Shown piece by piece: positions 47,397 to 56,804 of a stretch of DNA of 64,000 bases (the stretch's first letter is position 1; the number at the start of each line of letters is the position of its first letter). A program made the position numbers and the translations under genes. Source of the DNA: Gemmatimonadaceae bacterium (GTDB lineage Bacteria; Gemmatimonadota; Gemmatimonadetes; Gemmatimonadales; Gemmatimonadaceae). Below the pieces are notes generated by a model that was not told where the DNA came from, did no database searches, and saw only the letters and a program-made list of their open reading frames with translations. The DNA lies in the NCBI GenBank assembly GCA_051859245.1, contig JBHYGA010000001.1:256001-320000 (forward strand), given 5' to 3'.

Positions 47397-47957
47397 ATGT
47401 CAATTGGTCAAGAGCCGCTCGTGGAGGCGGCCATCCGGGTGATTCAACGCTACGGTATCCGTCGCACGACCATGCACGACGTTGCCGCCGAAGCAGGCGT
47501 CTCTCGGCAAACGCTGTACACTGTGTTCAGCAACAAGGAAGCGTTGCTGCGCGGCACCGTGCGTTTGATTGCGGATCGGTCAATCGAGGCGATCGAGCGC
47601 GACTGCGCTGCAGACACGCCGCTGCACGAGCAACTCGATGTGGTGTTCCGAGAGCTCGCGCTGCGACCATTTCAGCTGGTGCATAACTCGCCCGAAGCCA
47701 GCGATATCGTAGAGGGGCTAACGGCGGCTTGCGCTGAAGAAGTGCGCGACGCGGCGACGCGATCTCGTGCGGTGTTGGCGCGTTTGTTTACACCGTATGC
47801 GGCCGCGTTCGCAGACGCCGATACGTCGGTGGACGCGTTTGCCGATTTTCTTCAGACCGCGCTCAGCGGCCTAAAGAAACTTGCCCGCGACGAGGCGCAT
47901 TTGCGTGAGTCGCTCGCGATGCTCAAACGCATGGTGCTGTTGCTGGTGCGCGCGTGA
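47397..47957 (+). CDS. TetR/AcrR family regulator
   Basis: YGIRRTTMHDVAAEAGVSRQTLYTVFSNKEAL. Confidence 0.93.
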   Translation: MSIGQEPLVEAAIRVIQRYGIRRTTMHDVAAEAGVSRQTLYTVFSNKEALLRGTVRLIADRSIEAIERDCAADTPLHEQLDVVFRELALRPFQLVHNSPEASDIVEGLTAACAEEVRDAATRSRAVLARLFTPYAAAFADADTSVDAFADFLQTALSGLKKLARDEAHLRESLAMLKRMVLLLVRA

Positions 47958-47973
47958 GCGGATGGAATAACCA

Positions 47974-48744
47974 CTAGGGCTTCCAGCCTGGAATCGCCGC
48001 CGCCTGTTTGATCCAGCGCTTCATTTGCGCTTCGTTGAACTCGCCTTCGCGGATGTGCTCGTAGCGTGCGTGTTTGTCCTTGCTCGGAACCGGCGGGATC
48101 GGCGTGAGCTGATTGCCGAAAAAGAACGTCACTTTGATGTAGTGCGTGAACACGTGGAACGCGATGAAGAATCCCTGTCCGGGTACGCCGTACATGGGCG
48201 TGTTCCACTTCACCGCTTTTTCCACGTTCGGCACCGTTTTCACAATCAGTGCGTCGAGCTTGCGGCCAATCTCCTGCTTCCACTCCGGCATGGCGGCGAT
48301 GTAGGCCTGCACGGGCTCGTCTCCGTCGCCTTTGGGGATCTGCGGATTGCCGCCAGAGAGCAGGCGCACGGGCGCTGTTGTTTGCGCGCTGTTGAGCTTC
48401 ACCGCTGCCTTGACGAGCGCCTTGAAGTGGCGCGCGTTTACTGTCTCGCCCTCAGGAATGTCGATAGCGCGGCGCGTGTTGCCTTCCAGGCTGGCGTTGA
48501 ATAGTCCTGCGGGATCCGGCACGGTTGCACCGCGCGCGAACGTAAGCTTCACGGCCCGCTTGTACGTCTCGCCCGTGCAGATAATTCCGTTGCACGACCA
48601 GACCGGATTATTCCACTTCCACTCTTCGACAATCTTGCTGTCGGCGGCGAGTACGAGTGCACGCATGCGGGCGAGCGTTTCGCCGCGCCAGTCAGCGAGT
48701 TGTGCGATGCGTTCGTCGATTCGTTTGGACGCGTCGTCAGCCAT
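47974..48744 (-). CDS. Tandem DUF1801 domain protein
   Basis: EEWKWNNPVW and KAVKWNTPMY repeats. Confidence 0.85.
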   Translation of the reverse strand: MADDASKRIDERIAQLADWRGETLARMRALVLAADSKIVEEWKWNNPVWSCNGIICTGETYKRAVKLTFARGATVPDPAGLFNASLEGNTRRAIDIPEGETVNARHFKALVKAAVKLNSAQTTAPVRLLSGGNPQIPKGDGDEPVQAYIAAMPEWKQEIGRKLDALIVKTVPNVEKAVKWNTPMYGVPGQGFFIAFHVFTHYIKVTFFFGNQLTPIPPVPSKDKHARYEHIREGEFNEAQMKRWIKQAAAIPGWKP

Positions 48745-48752
48745 GTGTCGGT

Positions 48753-49517
48753 TCAGGGCAATGGGTTGGCATCTGAATGTTTGACGGCGCTTCGCAAATC
48801 GTCAACTACCGGAGCCAGTGCCATCAGCAGCAGCAGGGCAGCGAGCGGTACAGTGGTGGCATAGCCGATGTGCATGAAGCCCAGCGCGCCGAAGAGCCCG
48901 CCGGCAAAAAACGCTACGAGCAGCGCCGCGAGCACACCGGCGCGTGCGCGATCACCAGTCACCGCTGGAAGTGCGGCGTTGCGGTTCAGGTACAGCATGC
49001 GCCCCAGCTCAATGCCGAGGTCGGTGATAAGCCCGGTCACGTGCGTGGTACGAATCACGCTATTCGAGATCTTGGTGATCACGGCGTTTTGCAAACCCAT
49101 GATGAAGCACAGCAGCGCGACCGTGGCCGCGATGAATGCGCCTCGTCCGTTCGGCAGCACGGGTGCAATTGCACCGAAGGCAAGCAATAGCGCCGCCTCG
49201 AGCAACAAGGGCTGCGCGAATTCGCTGCGCATCGATCTTCGACGCGCGAAGTTGATCAGCATCGCGCTCGTTGCGGCGCCCGCAAGAAACGCGAGCACCG
49301 CAACGACGCCTGAGATGGCCAGGGGCCACTGCCGCAGAATAATCGCGTCGGCCATGGTAGACACGATGCCCGTCATGTGCGACGTGTATTGCCCAACGGC
49401 GAGAAACGCGCCGGCGTTGGTTGCACCGGCTACAAACGCGAGACCAACACCCAGATGCAGGTTGCCACGATGCGTACGAACGGTCGACGTGAGACTTCGC
49501 GCGTAAGCAAGCGGCAT
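48753..49517 (-). CDS. YoaK/DUF1275 family membrane protein
   Basis: FVAGATNAG, YTSHMTG, MGLQNA, IRTTHVTG. Confidence 0.88.
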   Translation of the reverse strand: MPLAYARSLTSTVRTHRGNLHLGVGLAFVAGATNAGAFLAVGQYTSHMTGIVSTMADAIILRQWPLAISGVVAVLAFLAGAATSAMLINFARRRSMRSEFAQPLLLEAALLLAFGAIAPVLPNGRGAFIAATVALLCFIMGLQNAVITKISNSVIRTTHVTGLITDLGIELGRMLYLNRNAALPAVTGDRARAGVLAALLVAFFAGGLFGALGFMHIGYATTVPLAALLLLMALAPVVDDLRSAVKHSDANPLP

Positions 49518-49525
49518 GCTGCAAT

Positions 49526-50014
49526 CTAAGCGGCGCTGCCCGTTCCTCGCTCCCAGAACGGAGGCGGTTCTACGCCGAGCGTACGCAGATAGACGTAGCC
49601 CTGTCCGCGGTGATGATTCTCGTTGTCGATGGCGTAGAAGAAGTGACTCCACACTGTGCCCGTGTACTGGCCGAAGACCGTGATGGTTTCGCCGTAGCGC
49701 TCGGGCGCAACCTTTGAAAACCACTCGATCAGCTCGGCGGTGGCCGCGTCCCAGCGCTCGAGCAGCTCGGCCTTTGATTTGGCTTCGAAGTCGGCGTACG
49801 GCACGGTTTCACCCGTGACGATCTCTCGCGCCATGGGCGCGCCGATGGCGATCATCTCTCCGGCCAGCAACGCGAACGGGCGCATGCCGCCGATTGAGTA
49901 GGTGAAGAGATGTTCTTCGGGAAACGCCTCGATGACGCGGCGCGACAGGTTGCGCAGTCCCTGCCAATGTTCAAGGAGTTCGGCGGGGGAGAGAACAGCG
50001 GTACCAGACGACAT
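49526..50014 (-). CDS. DinB family protein
   Basis: HWQGLR, GGMRPF, DNENHHRGQGYVYLR. Confidence 0.88.
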   Translation of the reverse strand: MSSGTAVLSPAELLEHWQGLRNLSRRVIEAFPEEHLFTYSIGGMRPFALLAGEMIAIGAPMAREIVTGETVPYADFEAKSKAELLERWDAATAELIEWFSKVAPERYGETITVFGQYTGTVWSHFFYAIDNENHHRGQGYVYLRTLGVEPPPFWERGTGSAA

Positions 50015-50113
50015 GGCACACTCCGGGGTGGTGGGTTATTTCGGTTTTTGTTCGGGGAGCTAAATATTAGGAACTCCCTGACGTTTTCACAAGACTTTTT
50101 GATGGATGGTGTC

Positions 50114-51022
50114 ATGTCTCGTGTCGCTGCTCTGCTCGCCCTGGCGTTGTTGTCGTCTCCCGCGCTGGCGGCGCAGTCGGCTGGCGAGCTGAGCGATACG
50201 ATTGCACGGTGTCCGAGCTGTGACGCGTGGAACGCACCGCAGCAGCCGTTCCAGCTGTTCGGGAACGCGTACTACGTGGGAACGCGCGGACTGTCGGCGA
50301 TTCTGCTCACGTCCGCAGACGGGCACGTGTTGTTGGACGGCGCACTGCCACAGAGCGCGGCCGTGATTATCGCCAATATTCGAGCGCTCGGCTTTCGGAT
50401 CGAAGATGTGCGTCTCATCGTGAACTCGCATGCGCACTACGACCATGCGGGTGGACTCGGTGCGCTGCAGCGCGCTTCTGGTGCCGCCGTTGCGGCGAGC
50501 CCGTGGAGTGCGACTGTTCTGCGCGCGGGGACGTCGCAGCCCGGCGATCCACAGCTGCGTGAAGCGCTGCCGTTTCCGAAAGTTGCGAACGTGCGCGAGA
50601 TCAGGCACGGCGATACGCTGCGGGTTGGGAGCACGTCCATCGTTGCGCATTTCACCGGTGGGCACACGCCGGGTGGCACGAGCTGGTCGTGGCAGTCGTG
50701 CAACGGTGGTGCATGTCATTCGTTTGTCTACGCCGACAGTCAGACCCCGATTTCCGACGACGGCTTTCTGTACACGGCGAGTCGTGACTATCCCACTGCC
50801 CTTGAAGATTTTGCCCGGGGGTTTGAAACGTTGGAGCGACTGTCGTGCGACGTGTTGATCACGCCGCACCCTGAAGCCGTGAATCTCTTTGACCGAGTCG
50901 CCGCCCGTGACGCAGGCCAGCGGGATGCGCTGGTTGATGTGGATGCGTGCAAGCGCTATGCGAGTACCGCACGAACCAGACTGGCGGCGCGTGTGGCGCG
51001 TGAGCGAGCCGGCAAGCCCTGA
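50114..51022 (+). CDS. bla: Subclass B3 metallo-beta-lactamase
   Basis: Signal peptide; PFQLFGNAYYVG, SHAHYDHAGG, GHTPG, YADS, LITPH; Cys pairs. Confidence 0.88.
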   Translation: MSRVAALLALALLSSPALAAQSAGELSDTIARCPSCDAWNAPQQPFQLFGNAYYVGTRGLSAILLTSADGHVLLDGALPQSAAVIIANIRALGFRIEDVRLIVNSHAHYDHAGGLGALQRASGAAVAASPWSATVLRAGTSQPGDPQLREALPFPKVANVREIRHGDTLRVGSTSIVAHFTGGHTPGGTSWSWQSCNGGACHSFVYADSQTPISDDGFLYTASRDYPTALEDFARGFETLERLSCDVLITPHPEAVNLFDRVAARDAGQRDALVDVDACKRYASTARTRLAARVARERAGKP

Positions 51023-51051
51023 TCACGTGAGGGCTCGCCGCCGCGCGGTTC

Positions 51052-51510
51052 TCAGTTCCAGTTGTCGATCTTGAGATCGTTCGGCGAGGGTCGACCTTCG
51101 CCGGTTTGCACGAAGTCGCGAAGACTGAGCAGGAAGACGGCCCACTTCATGCTGCAGTGTGCGGTGAACGCCACTTCTTCTTTCCAGCCGCGGTGCGCAA
51201 ATCGCACGGTGGTCTGGTTGTCTTCTGCCGTCAGATCGAACGAGATCTGCGTGCCGATCCATTCGGGTGGACCGTCGATGCACTCCCACAGCACACGTGA
51301 CGCGTCGTTGAGTGCCTGGACGCGCATGACCATGCTGCCCTTGAGTTCACCCGACGGCAGCCGGAAGGCAAACGTCAGCGTTGAGCCAACCGCCGAATCG
51401 CCCGTGACGTCGTTGGTCCACCAGCGCGACACGCCGTGGGTGGTAGCGAGGGCCGCGTACACGGTTTCCGTGGGCGCCTTGATGCCAATGCGATGTACGA
51501 TGTCGAACAC
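51052..51510 (-). CDS. SRPBCC (Aha1-like) domain protein
   Basis: DIVHRIGIKA, WWT, GPPEWIGT, HCSMKW. Confidence 0.88.
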   Translation of the reverse strand: MFDIVHRIGIKAPTETVYAALATTHGVSRWWTNDVTGDSAVGSTLTFAFRLPSGELKGSMVMRVQALNDASRVLWECIDGPPEWIGTQISFDLTAEDNQTTVRFAHRGWKEEVAFTAHCSMKWAVFLLSLRDFVQTGEGRPSPNDLKIDNWN

Positions 51511-51542
51511 GGGGGAGCTCCGTCTCTTGGGGAGTGGGCGAT

Positions 51543-51604
51543 ATCACTTGCAAAATGCAAGCGAGATGAACATACGGAAATCACTTGCAACACGCAAGCG
51601 AGAT
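51543..51604. promoter_or_regulatory. Duplicated palindromic operator (probable HxlR-family sites)
   Basis: ATCACTTGCAAAATGCAAGCGAGAT (51543-51567) and ATCACTTGCAACACGCAAGCGAGAT (51580-51604). Confidence 0.75.
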
Positions 51605-51620
51605 CCGCATAGATTTCGGT

Positions 51621-52070
51621 ATGCCTACGCGAAAGAAGCCGCTGCGATCGCATTGCCCCGTCAACTTCGCGCTCGAAGCGGTTGGTGACCGTTGGGCGCT
51701 GCTCATTCTCCGCGATATCGTCTTCCGCGGCAAACGCACCTACGGGGAGTTTCTGCGCTCCGAGGAGGGTTTCGCCACGAACATCCTCGCGTCGCGACTT
51801 GAGCAGTTGTTGCGCGAGGGCATTCTTCAGTACGACGGCGACGAGACGGACGGCCGCAAGGGCATCTACTCGCTCACGGAGAAAGGGCTGGACCTCATTC
51901 CGGTGCTTTTTGAGATGGTACGCTGGAGTGCGAAATACGACAGTCGCTCAGAGGCGCGGCGCATTCCGCGCCTCGTCGAACTGATCGAGCAGGACAATCG
52001 GGCAATCAGTCGCAAGTCCGCGGAACAGGTGCGCCGTGGTGAGGGAATTGTGCGGGGCTACGTTGTGTAA
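51621..52070 (+). CDS. HxlR family winged-helix regulator
   Basis: RSHCPV..LEAVGDRWALLILRD, ATNILASRL, YSLTEKG. Confidence 0.92.
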   Translation: MPTRKKPLRSHCPVNFALEAVGDRWALLILRDIVFRGKRTYGEFLRSEEGFATNILASRLEQLLREGILQYDGDETDGRKGIYSLTEKGLDLIPVLFEMVRWSAKYDSRSEARRIPRLVELIEQDNRAISRKSAEQVRRGEGIVRGYVV

Positions 52071-52657
52071 GTGGCAAGCCACACCGTGTGATTGCCACAC
52101 GTGGGGTCGTTTACCACGTGCTCGTGCACCGTGAAGCCGTTGCTCGTGAGCAGTTGCTCATACTCCGCACTGCTCAGACTCGCGTGATACAGTGGCTGAT
52201 TGCCAAACGTACCGATCGCTTCGCCTTCGTCTGGTCCGCTGGTGAACATTAAGGGCGCATGCGGCTTTGCATGCGCCGCGAAGCGCGGAAACATGTCGCG
52301 CTGCTCACGCATCCCCAGGTGAAAGAAACTATCCCAGGCGAGCACGCCGTCGAACGCACGATCGAGAGCGAGTTCCGTCATGTTTGCAACGTGCCACTCG
52401 GCGTTCGGAAAGCGTGTGCGACACAGCGCGATCATGGTTGGTGCGGCGTCCACCCCAACAACGCGAAAGCCGCGCTCCATGACGTAGCGCGCCATCGGTT
52501 CGCCGGTGCCACATCCGATATCCAGTATGGTTCCGCCGGGCGACACGTGCGACAAAAAGCGGTCGAGCCATGCGCGCTCTTGCAGTGAACGACCGCGTTC
52601 GCGATCAAACAGCTGCGCGTGCTCTGTGTACAGCGACACGATGGAGTCTTTACTCAT
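52058..52657 (-). CDS. Class I SAM-dependent methyltransferase
   Basis: ILDIGCGTG, FDGVLAWDSFFHL, LMFTSG, LYHASL. Confidence 0.9.
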   Translation of the reverse strand: MSKDSIVSLYTEHAQLFDRERGRSLQERAWLDRFLSHVSPGGTILDIGCGTGEPMARYVMERGFRVVGVDAAPTMIALCRTRFPNAEWHVANMTELALDRAFDGVLAWDSFFHLGMREQRDMFPRFAAHAKPHAPLMFTSGPDEGEAIGTFGNQPLYHASLSSAEYEQLLTSNGFTVHEHVVNDPTCGNHTVWLATYTT

Positions 52658-52669
52658 GGAATGTGCGCG

Positions 52670-53476
52670 TTATGGGAGCGGCGCGAGCGAGGTGCGGCAG
52701 CGTGATGCAAGCAACCCGGTCGCTGCGGTGAGGTCGAGATCTGCGATCAGTAAACCGGCGGTTCCGTACGGCTGATAGCTGTGCAGTGAACCGTCCGGAT
52801 GCGCGATGGCGGATGTCGTGGGCGAGCCAGCACTCGCCCCGTTCACTGAGGCGAAGTAGCAGGTGTTCTCGGCGGCGCGACAGAGTACGGCCTTCTCGTG
52901 AAACGTGTTGGCCGGATCCGCGAACGTGGTGGGACGGTAGCTGCCCGGTTCCGCCGTTCCTGCGTGCGGATGAAAGACAATCTGCGCGCCGCGACGCACC
53001 GCCCAGCGCACAGTTTCGGGATAGCGCCAGCCTTCGTGACAAATCACGACACCGAAGGTGACCGGGCCGGCGGTGAACACATGCCGCTCGCTGCCGAATG
53101 ACGGGTAGCGCGGTTCCTCATCAGGATCGAGTTGCATTTTGTCCTGCCAGCCAGCAACTGAACCGTCGGCGTTGATTACGCACGCCGTGATTTGCAGTCC
53201 GCGTTCGGTGATGCGTTCGGTTCCAAGAATGACGGTGATGCGCGCGGCTGCCGCGGCGCGCGCAACCGTGTGTACCGCCTGCTCAAGGAACATCGGATCG
53301 GGTGGCAGCATCAGCGAGTTCGGCCACCGATAGCCCGGCACAAAACACTCGGGAAAGCAGATGATGCGTGCTCCCTCGGCGCCGGCTTGCGCGATGGACT
53401 CGCTCGCCACCGCGACGGTTTCTTCGCGCGTGTGCGGGATGCGAACGTTGGCGAGCGCGATGCGAACGGTAGTCAA
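52670..53476 (-). CDS. Carbon-nitrogen hydrolase (nitrilase superfamily)
   Basis: Catalytic triad FPEC / QDK / ICHEG; RAAEN. Confidence 0.9.
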   Translation of the reverse strand: MTTVRIALANVRIPHTREETVAVASESIAQAGAEGARIICFPECFVPGYRWPNSLMLPPDPMFLEQAVHTVARAAAAARITVILGTERITERGLQITACVINADGSVAGWQDKMQLDPDEEPRYPSFGSERHVFTAGPVTFGVVICHEGWRYPETVRWAVRRGAQIVFHPHAGTAEPGSYRPTTFADPANTFHEKAVLCRAAENTCYFASVNGASAGSPTTSAIAHPDGSLHSYQPYGTAGLLIADLDLTAATGLLASRCRTSLAPLP

Positions 53477-53525
53477 GTAGCGACCCCACCATTCATTGCG
53501 CGATTCCGGATAGTCAGTGCAAGCA

Positions 53526-53915
53526 CTATTTCAGGCGCTCCAGCGTTCCCTTACGGCGCACGATGTTTTTGTAATCCCACTGAATGTCACGCGCTTTGCC
53601 AAGCCAGCGCTGCAGGTCCGCGATATCGACTTGCGCCACTGCGGTGTAACGCGCCTCGGCCGCCTTGAAGCTGCCTTCATTCGCGAGCGCCGGTTCATCG
53701 AACGACTGACCACTCCAGAAGAGCAAGCGCATGGCATGCTTCAACTTGCTGTAACCAACAATCGGGTTGCCATCGAGAAACCACACCGGGTGTGCGTGCC
53801 AGATCTTGTTCTCTGCTTCTGGCAGTGCGTCGTCAATCGCGTGCGCAAGCAGATCGGCGATCGCCTTGTCATCCGGTGAGAGCGCGGCGTTGTACGTGGC
53901 GGTGTCAGCGTGCAT
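53526..53915 (-). CDS. DUF1801 domain protein
   Basis: KIWHAHPVWFLDGNPIVGY, LLFWSGQSF, QWDYKN. Confidence 0.85.
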   Translation of the reverse strand: MHADTATYNAALSPDDKAIADLLAHAIDDALPEAENKIWHAHPVWFLDGNPIVGYSKLKHAMRLLFWSGQSFDEPALANEGSFKAAEARYTAVAQVDIADLQRWLGKARDIQWDYKNIVRRKGTLERLK

Positions 53916-53973
53916 GACATACCTCGGGATGGTGGACGGCTCGCGGCGCTGCGCGCCAACGAAGCGAAGTGTG

Positions 53974-54195
53974 CTAGGCCTTGAATTGGCGCTGCTCTGC
54001 TTCGAGGGCCCGCTTGAGCAGATGCACGCCCTTGGGGCCAACGCCATGTAGCGCCGCCAACGCGGCCTCGGTCCACGTGGTGAGCTCGGCAACTGAACGA
54101 ATGTTGGCGTTGGCGAGTGCACGAAGAGCAGGCCCACCCAACCCTTTGGGGAAGGCCGATTCATTGGGATGTGTCTTTTCGCGATTGGTTGGCAT
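53974..54195 (-). CDS. Small helix-hairpin-helix (RpoA-CTD-like) protein
   Basis: LGGPALRALANANIRSVAEL..LAALHGVGPKG. Confidence 0.8.
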   Translation of the reverse strand: MPTNREKTHPNESAFPKGLGGPALRALANANIRSVAELTTWTEAALAALHGVGPKGVHLLKRALEAEQRQFKA

Positions 54196-54230
54196 GGCTG
54201 AATCAGTAAGGCGCCCAACGTAACCCCAGG

Positions 54231-54707
54231 CTACCGCAGCGGTAGATACACATCCGTGATCATGTCTTCCTCACGAACATCGGGACCAACGTTCACATAG
54301 TGAAAGAAGATCGGAAAGCTGCCCAGCTGCTCTCCGCTTGCTGGCAGCCATTCGCGATAGAGATACACCGCTGTGTGATTGAAGCGACGCGAGCCTAGAT
54401 GACGCGCCACTGCGCAGCGATTGGCTGGAATGATCTTGTTGACGATCCCCTGCGGATTGGGCGCGACGATTTCGTGGTACGTCACGCAGAAATCCACCCG
54501 ATGATCAGCCGGTGACACCGTTTGCGGATCGGTGTAGTGCACCCCGAACGAACGATGATTCGCGGGCGACAATCGGTTCGCGATCCGCCACTCGATCAGC
54601 CGGCGTGCGGTATCGTACTCCCGTTCGGCCGGCCCATGATGCTCGGCGACTGCGACTGGTGTTTCAGGAAAGAACGCGGTGCGTACCGCAAGCACAGGGA
54701 CGGGCAT
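54231..54707 (-). CDS. GyrI-like small-molecule-binding protein
   Basis: VAEHHG, RCAVARHLGS, LYREWLPASGE, ITDVYLPL. Confidence 0.85.
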   Translation of the reverse strand: MPVPVLAVRTAFFPETPVAVAEHHGPAEREYDTARRLIEWRIANRLSPANHRSFGVHYTDPQTVSPADHRVDFCVTYHEIVAPNPQGIVNKIIPANRCAVARHLGSRRFNHTAVYLYREWLPASGEQLGSFPIFFHYVNVGPDVREEDMITDVYLPLR

Positions 54708-54711
54708 CCGA

Positions 54712-54936
54712 TCAGCGCTTCGTGTTCAGGTAGTGCGCCACCAGCGCATTCGCGTGTCCGTGTCCCATGGCGTGTTCCGTCTTGAGATGAGCAACCATTT
54801 CCATGTGCTTCAGCCCCGTCAGTTTGTCGAGTACGGTGAACCAGAAATCGACAGGTTGTCCGTACTTCGTTTCAATGGACGGGAAGTAGGACGCTGGGCC
54901 CTTGACGGCGGATGATGTGGTTTTCTTGATCACCAT
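54712..54936 (-). CDS. DUF4287 family protein
   Basis: KGPASYFPSIE.KYG, KHMEMVAHLKTEHAMGHGHANA. Confidence 0.85.
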   Translation of the reverse strand: MVIKKTTSSAVKGPASYFPSIETKYGQPVDFWFTVLDKLTGLKHMEMVAHLKTEHAMGHGHANALVAHYLNTKR

Positions 54937-54943
54937 AAAGCCT

Positions 54944-55693
54944 CTACACCTCGTCGGCGCTTAGATAGCGGTTCGGAATGTTGGAGAACGGCGGCGCGGC
55001 GCGACCGGATGCGTGCAACAACAATCTGATATTCTCGTAGATATCCTGCTCGTTGCGATGGATCTGGGGAAGCAGTCCGAGCTGCGCGAATGAGATGGGC
55101 GTGACATCCAAGAATGTTGTTTCCCATTCGAATCCTCTGCCCCAGCAGAGTCCGGGCAGAAAGACGTCGGTGCGGGCGCCTGCGGCCAGCAGCAGCTGCA
55201 TGATGGGTTGCGCGCGATTGAACGCTGAGTTCACCGTATGAAAGATGGGTGTGTGTCCGTTCAGCCCATGCGCGTCGATTGCGGCCGGCGCCTCGACGTC
55301 GGCACCCATGGCAATGAGCACTCGCGCAACCTTTTCGTGGCAATACTCGGCCGCCACGTGCAAGAGCGATGCTCCTTCAAGCGGAGCAAACGCGCAGACG
55401 AGCGTCGTGCGGTGCTGCAGGAGCGCTGGGTCTTCGCGGAGCGCGCGCGTCATCGCTGCGGCATCGTCACACAACACGGGTGCCAGTACTGGATCGTCGA
55501 GCACTGCACCGCGCTCGAGCAGCAGGCGCATGCACGGTGCGAAACCACTGCCACGACTGTACATCTCCGTCAGCCACCTGATCGGTGCCTTGCCCTGGAC
55601 AGGCGCACACGGATCCAATCCGGCGTCGAGTGCTGCGCGCAGACGGTCCACCGCGAGCAGCTCCAGGGCGTCAAGCAAATCTGACGGAGACAT
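54944..55693 (-). CDS. Ankyrin-repeat protein
   Basis: SLLHVAAEY..LIAMGADVE, GHTPIFH..LLAAGA. Confidence 0.75.
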   Translation of the reverse strand: MSPSDLLDALELLAVDRLRAALDAGLDPCAPVQGKAPIRWLTEMYSRGSGFAPCMRLLLERGAVLDDPVLAPVLCDDAAAMTRALREDPALLQHRTTLVCAFAPLEGASLLHVAAEYCHEKVARVLIAMGADVEAPAAIDAHGLNGHTPIFHTVNSAFNRAQPIMQLLLAAGARTDVFLPGLCWGRGFEWETTFLDVTPISFAQLGLLPQIHRNEQDIYENIRLLLHASGRAAPPFSNIPNRYLSADEV

Positions 55694-55774
55694 GCCAGCA
55701 ATTGAGTCCCAGGTCGACGTCTCGCGATAGCCCGCCAAGACGAGCTCGCTGGGACGAGAAATCCGATCGTCCCA

Positions 55775-55791
55775 ACTTTATAGCACAAAGT
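55775..55791. promoter_or_regulatory. Palindromic operator upstream of the ABC operon
   Basis: ACTTTA-TAGCA-CAAAGT in an AT-rich patch; adjacent hairpin GGGACGA..TCGTCCC at 55751-55773. Confidence 0.45.
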
Positions 55792-55886
55792 ACTTGTTGG
55801 TCACGAGCCGGCGGCCTAGGTTCTGCAGGGAGTCGCCATCTGCACGTCGGCACAGTCCGCCCGTAATCATCCACGCCCTCTGCTTC

Positions 55887-56804
55887 ATGCACCTCGCCAT
55901 TCGCGATCTGTCGAAGACGTATCCCAACGGCACGCGCGCACTTCACAACGTGTCACTCGACATTCCACAGGGAATGTTCGGGTTGCTCGGACGCAACGGT
56001 GCAGGCAAGTCCACCTTGATGCGTATCATCGCCACACTGCAAGACCCGGATGCCGGCACGATTCAACTGGGTGACATCAATGTGGTAAGTGAAAAACCGC
56101 GTGTGCGACAAACGCTCGGCTATTTGCCGCAGTCATTTGGCTTTCATCCGCGCGCCAAGGCAGAGCGGCTGCTTGAGCATTTTGCCATTCTCAAGGGCAT
56201 CGTGGATGCGCGGCTGCGGCGAGAGGTCGTGGAGTCGTTGCTGCGGCAGGTCAATCTGTGGGAGAAGCGTCGTGAACAATTGGGCACGTTCTCGGGAGGC
56301 ATGCGGCAGCGGTTTGGTGTGGCCGTCGCGCTGCTCGCCAATCCACGGCTGATCATCGTAGACGAACCGACGGCCGGCCTCGATCCGGAGGAACGCGTCC
56401 GCTTTCTGAACCTGCTGAGTGAGATCGGTGAAGACAGTGTGGTGATTCTGTCAACGCACATCGTGGAAGATGTGCGAGAGTTGTGCAGTCGCATGGCCAT
56501 TATCGACGGTGGAGAGATCTTGCTTGAAGCAGAGCCGAACGTGGCCATGCGCGCATTGCGTGGCAGGATCTGGCAGCGTACCGTCTCTCGCGACGGGCTG
56601 CATGAAGTGGAGCGCACGCAGGCCGTTATCTCAACCAGACTCCTTGCCGGCCGCACGATTGTCCACGTTTATGCGGAGACGTCGCCGGGATCGCAATACG
56701 AGCCGGTCGAACCGGAACTGCAGGATGTGTACTTCAGCGTAATGGCCGGACACTACGGACGGCGGGCCGCACACTCGAACGGTTCGGGCGTGGTGGGCGC
56801 GTGA
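55887..56804 (+). CDS. ABC transporter ATP-binding protein
   Basis: GRNGAGKST, FSGGMRQR, IVDEPT, STH. Confidence 0.95.
   Translation: MHLAIRDLSKTYPNGTRALHNVSLDIPQGMFGLLGRNGAGKSTLMRIIATLQDPDAGTIQLGDINVVSEKPRVRQTLGYLPQSFGFHPRAKAERLLEHFAILKGIVDARLRREVVESLLRQVNLWEKRREQLGTFSGGMRQRFGVAVALLANPRLIIVDEPTAGLDPEERVRFLNLLSEIGEDSVVILSTHIVEDVRELCSRMAIIDGGEILLEAEPNVAMRALRGRIWQRTVSRDGLHEVERTQAVISTRLLAGRTIVHVYAETSPGSQYEPVEPELQDVYFSVMAGHYGRRAAHSNGSGVVGA

Noticed and set aside
51543..51604. 25-bp direct repeat as a mini-CRISPR
   Set aside because: Only two copies with a 12-bp spacer and no cas genes; fits a regulator operator pair
52058..55693. Integron cassette array
   Set aside because: No intI and no paired RYYYAAC/GTTRRRY attC hairpins in the spacers; only an isolated core-like heptamer
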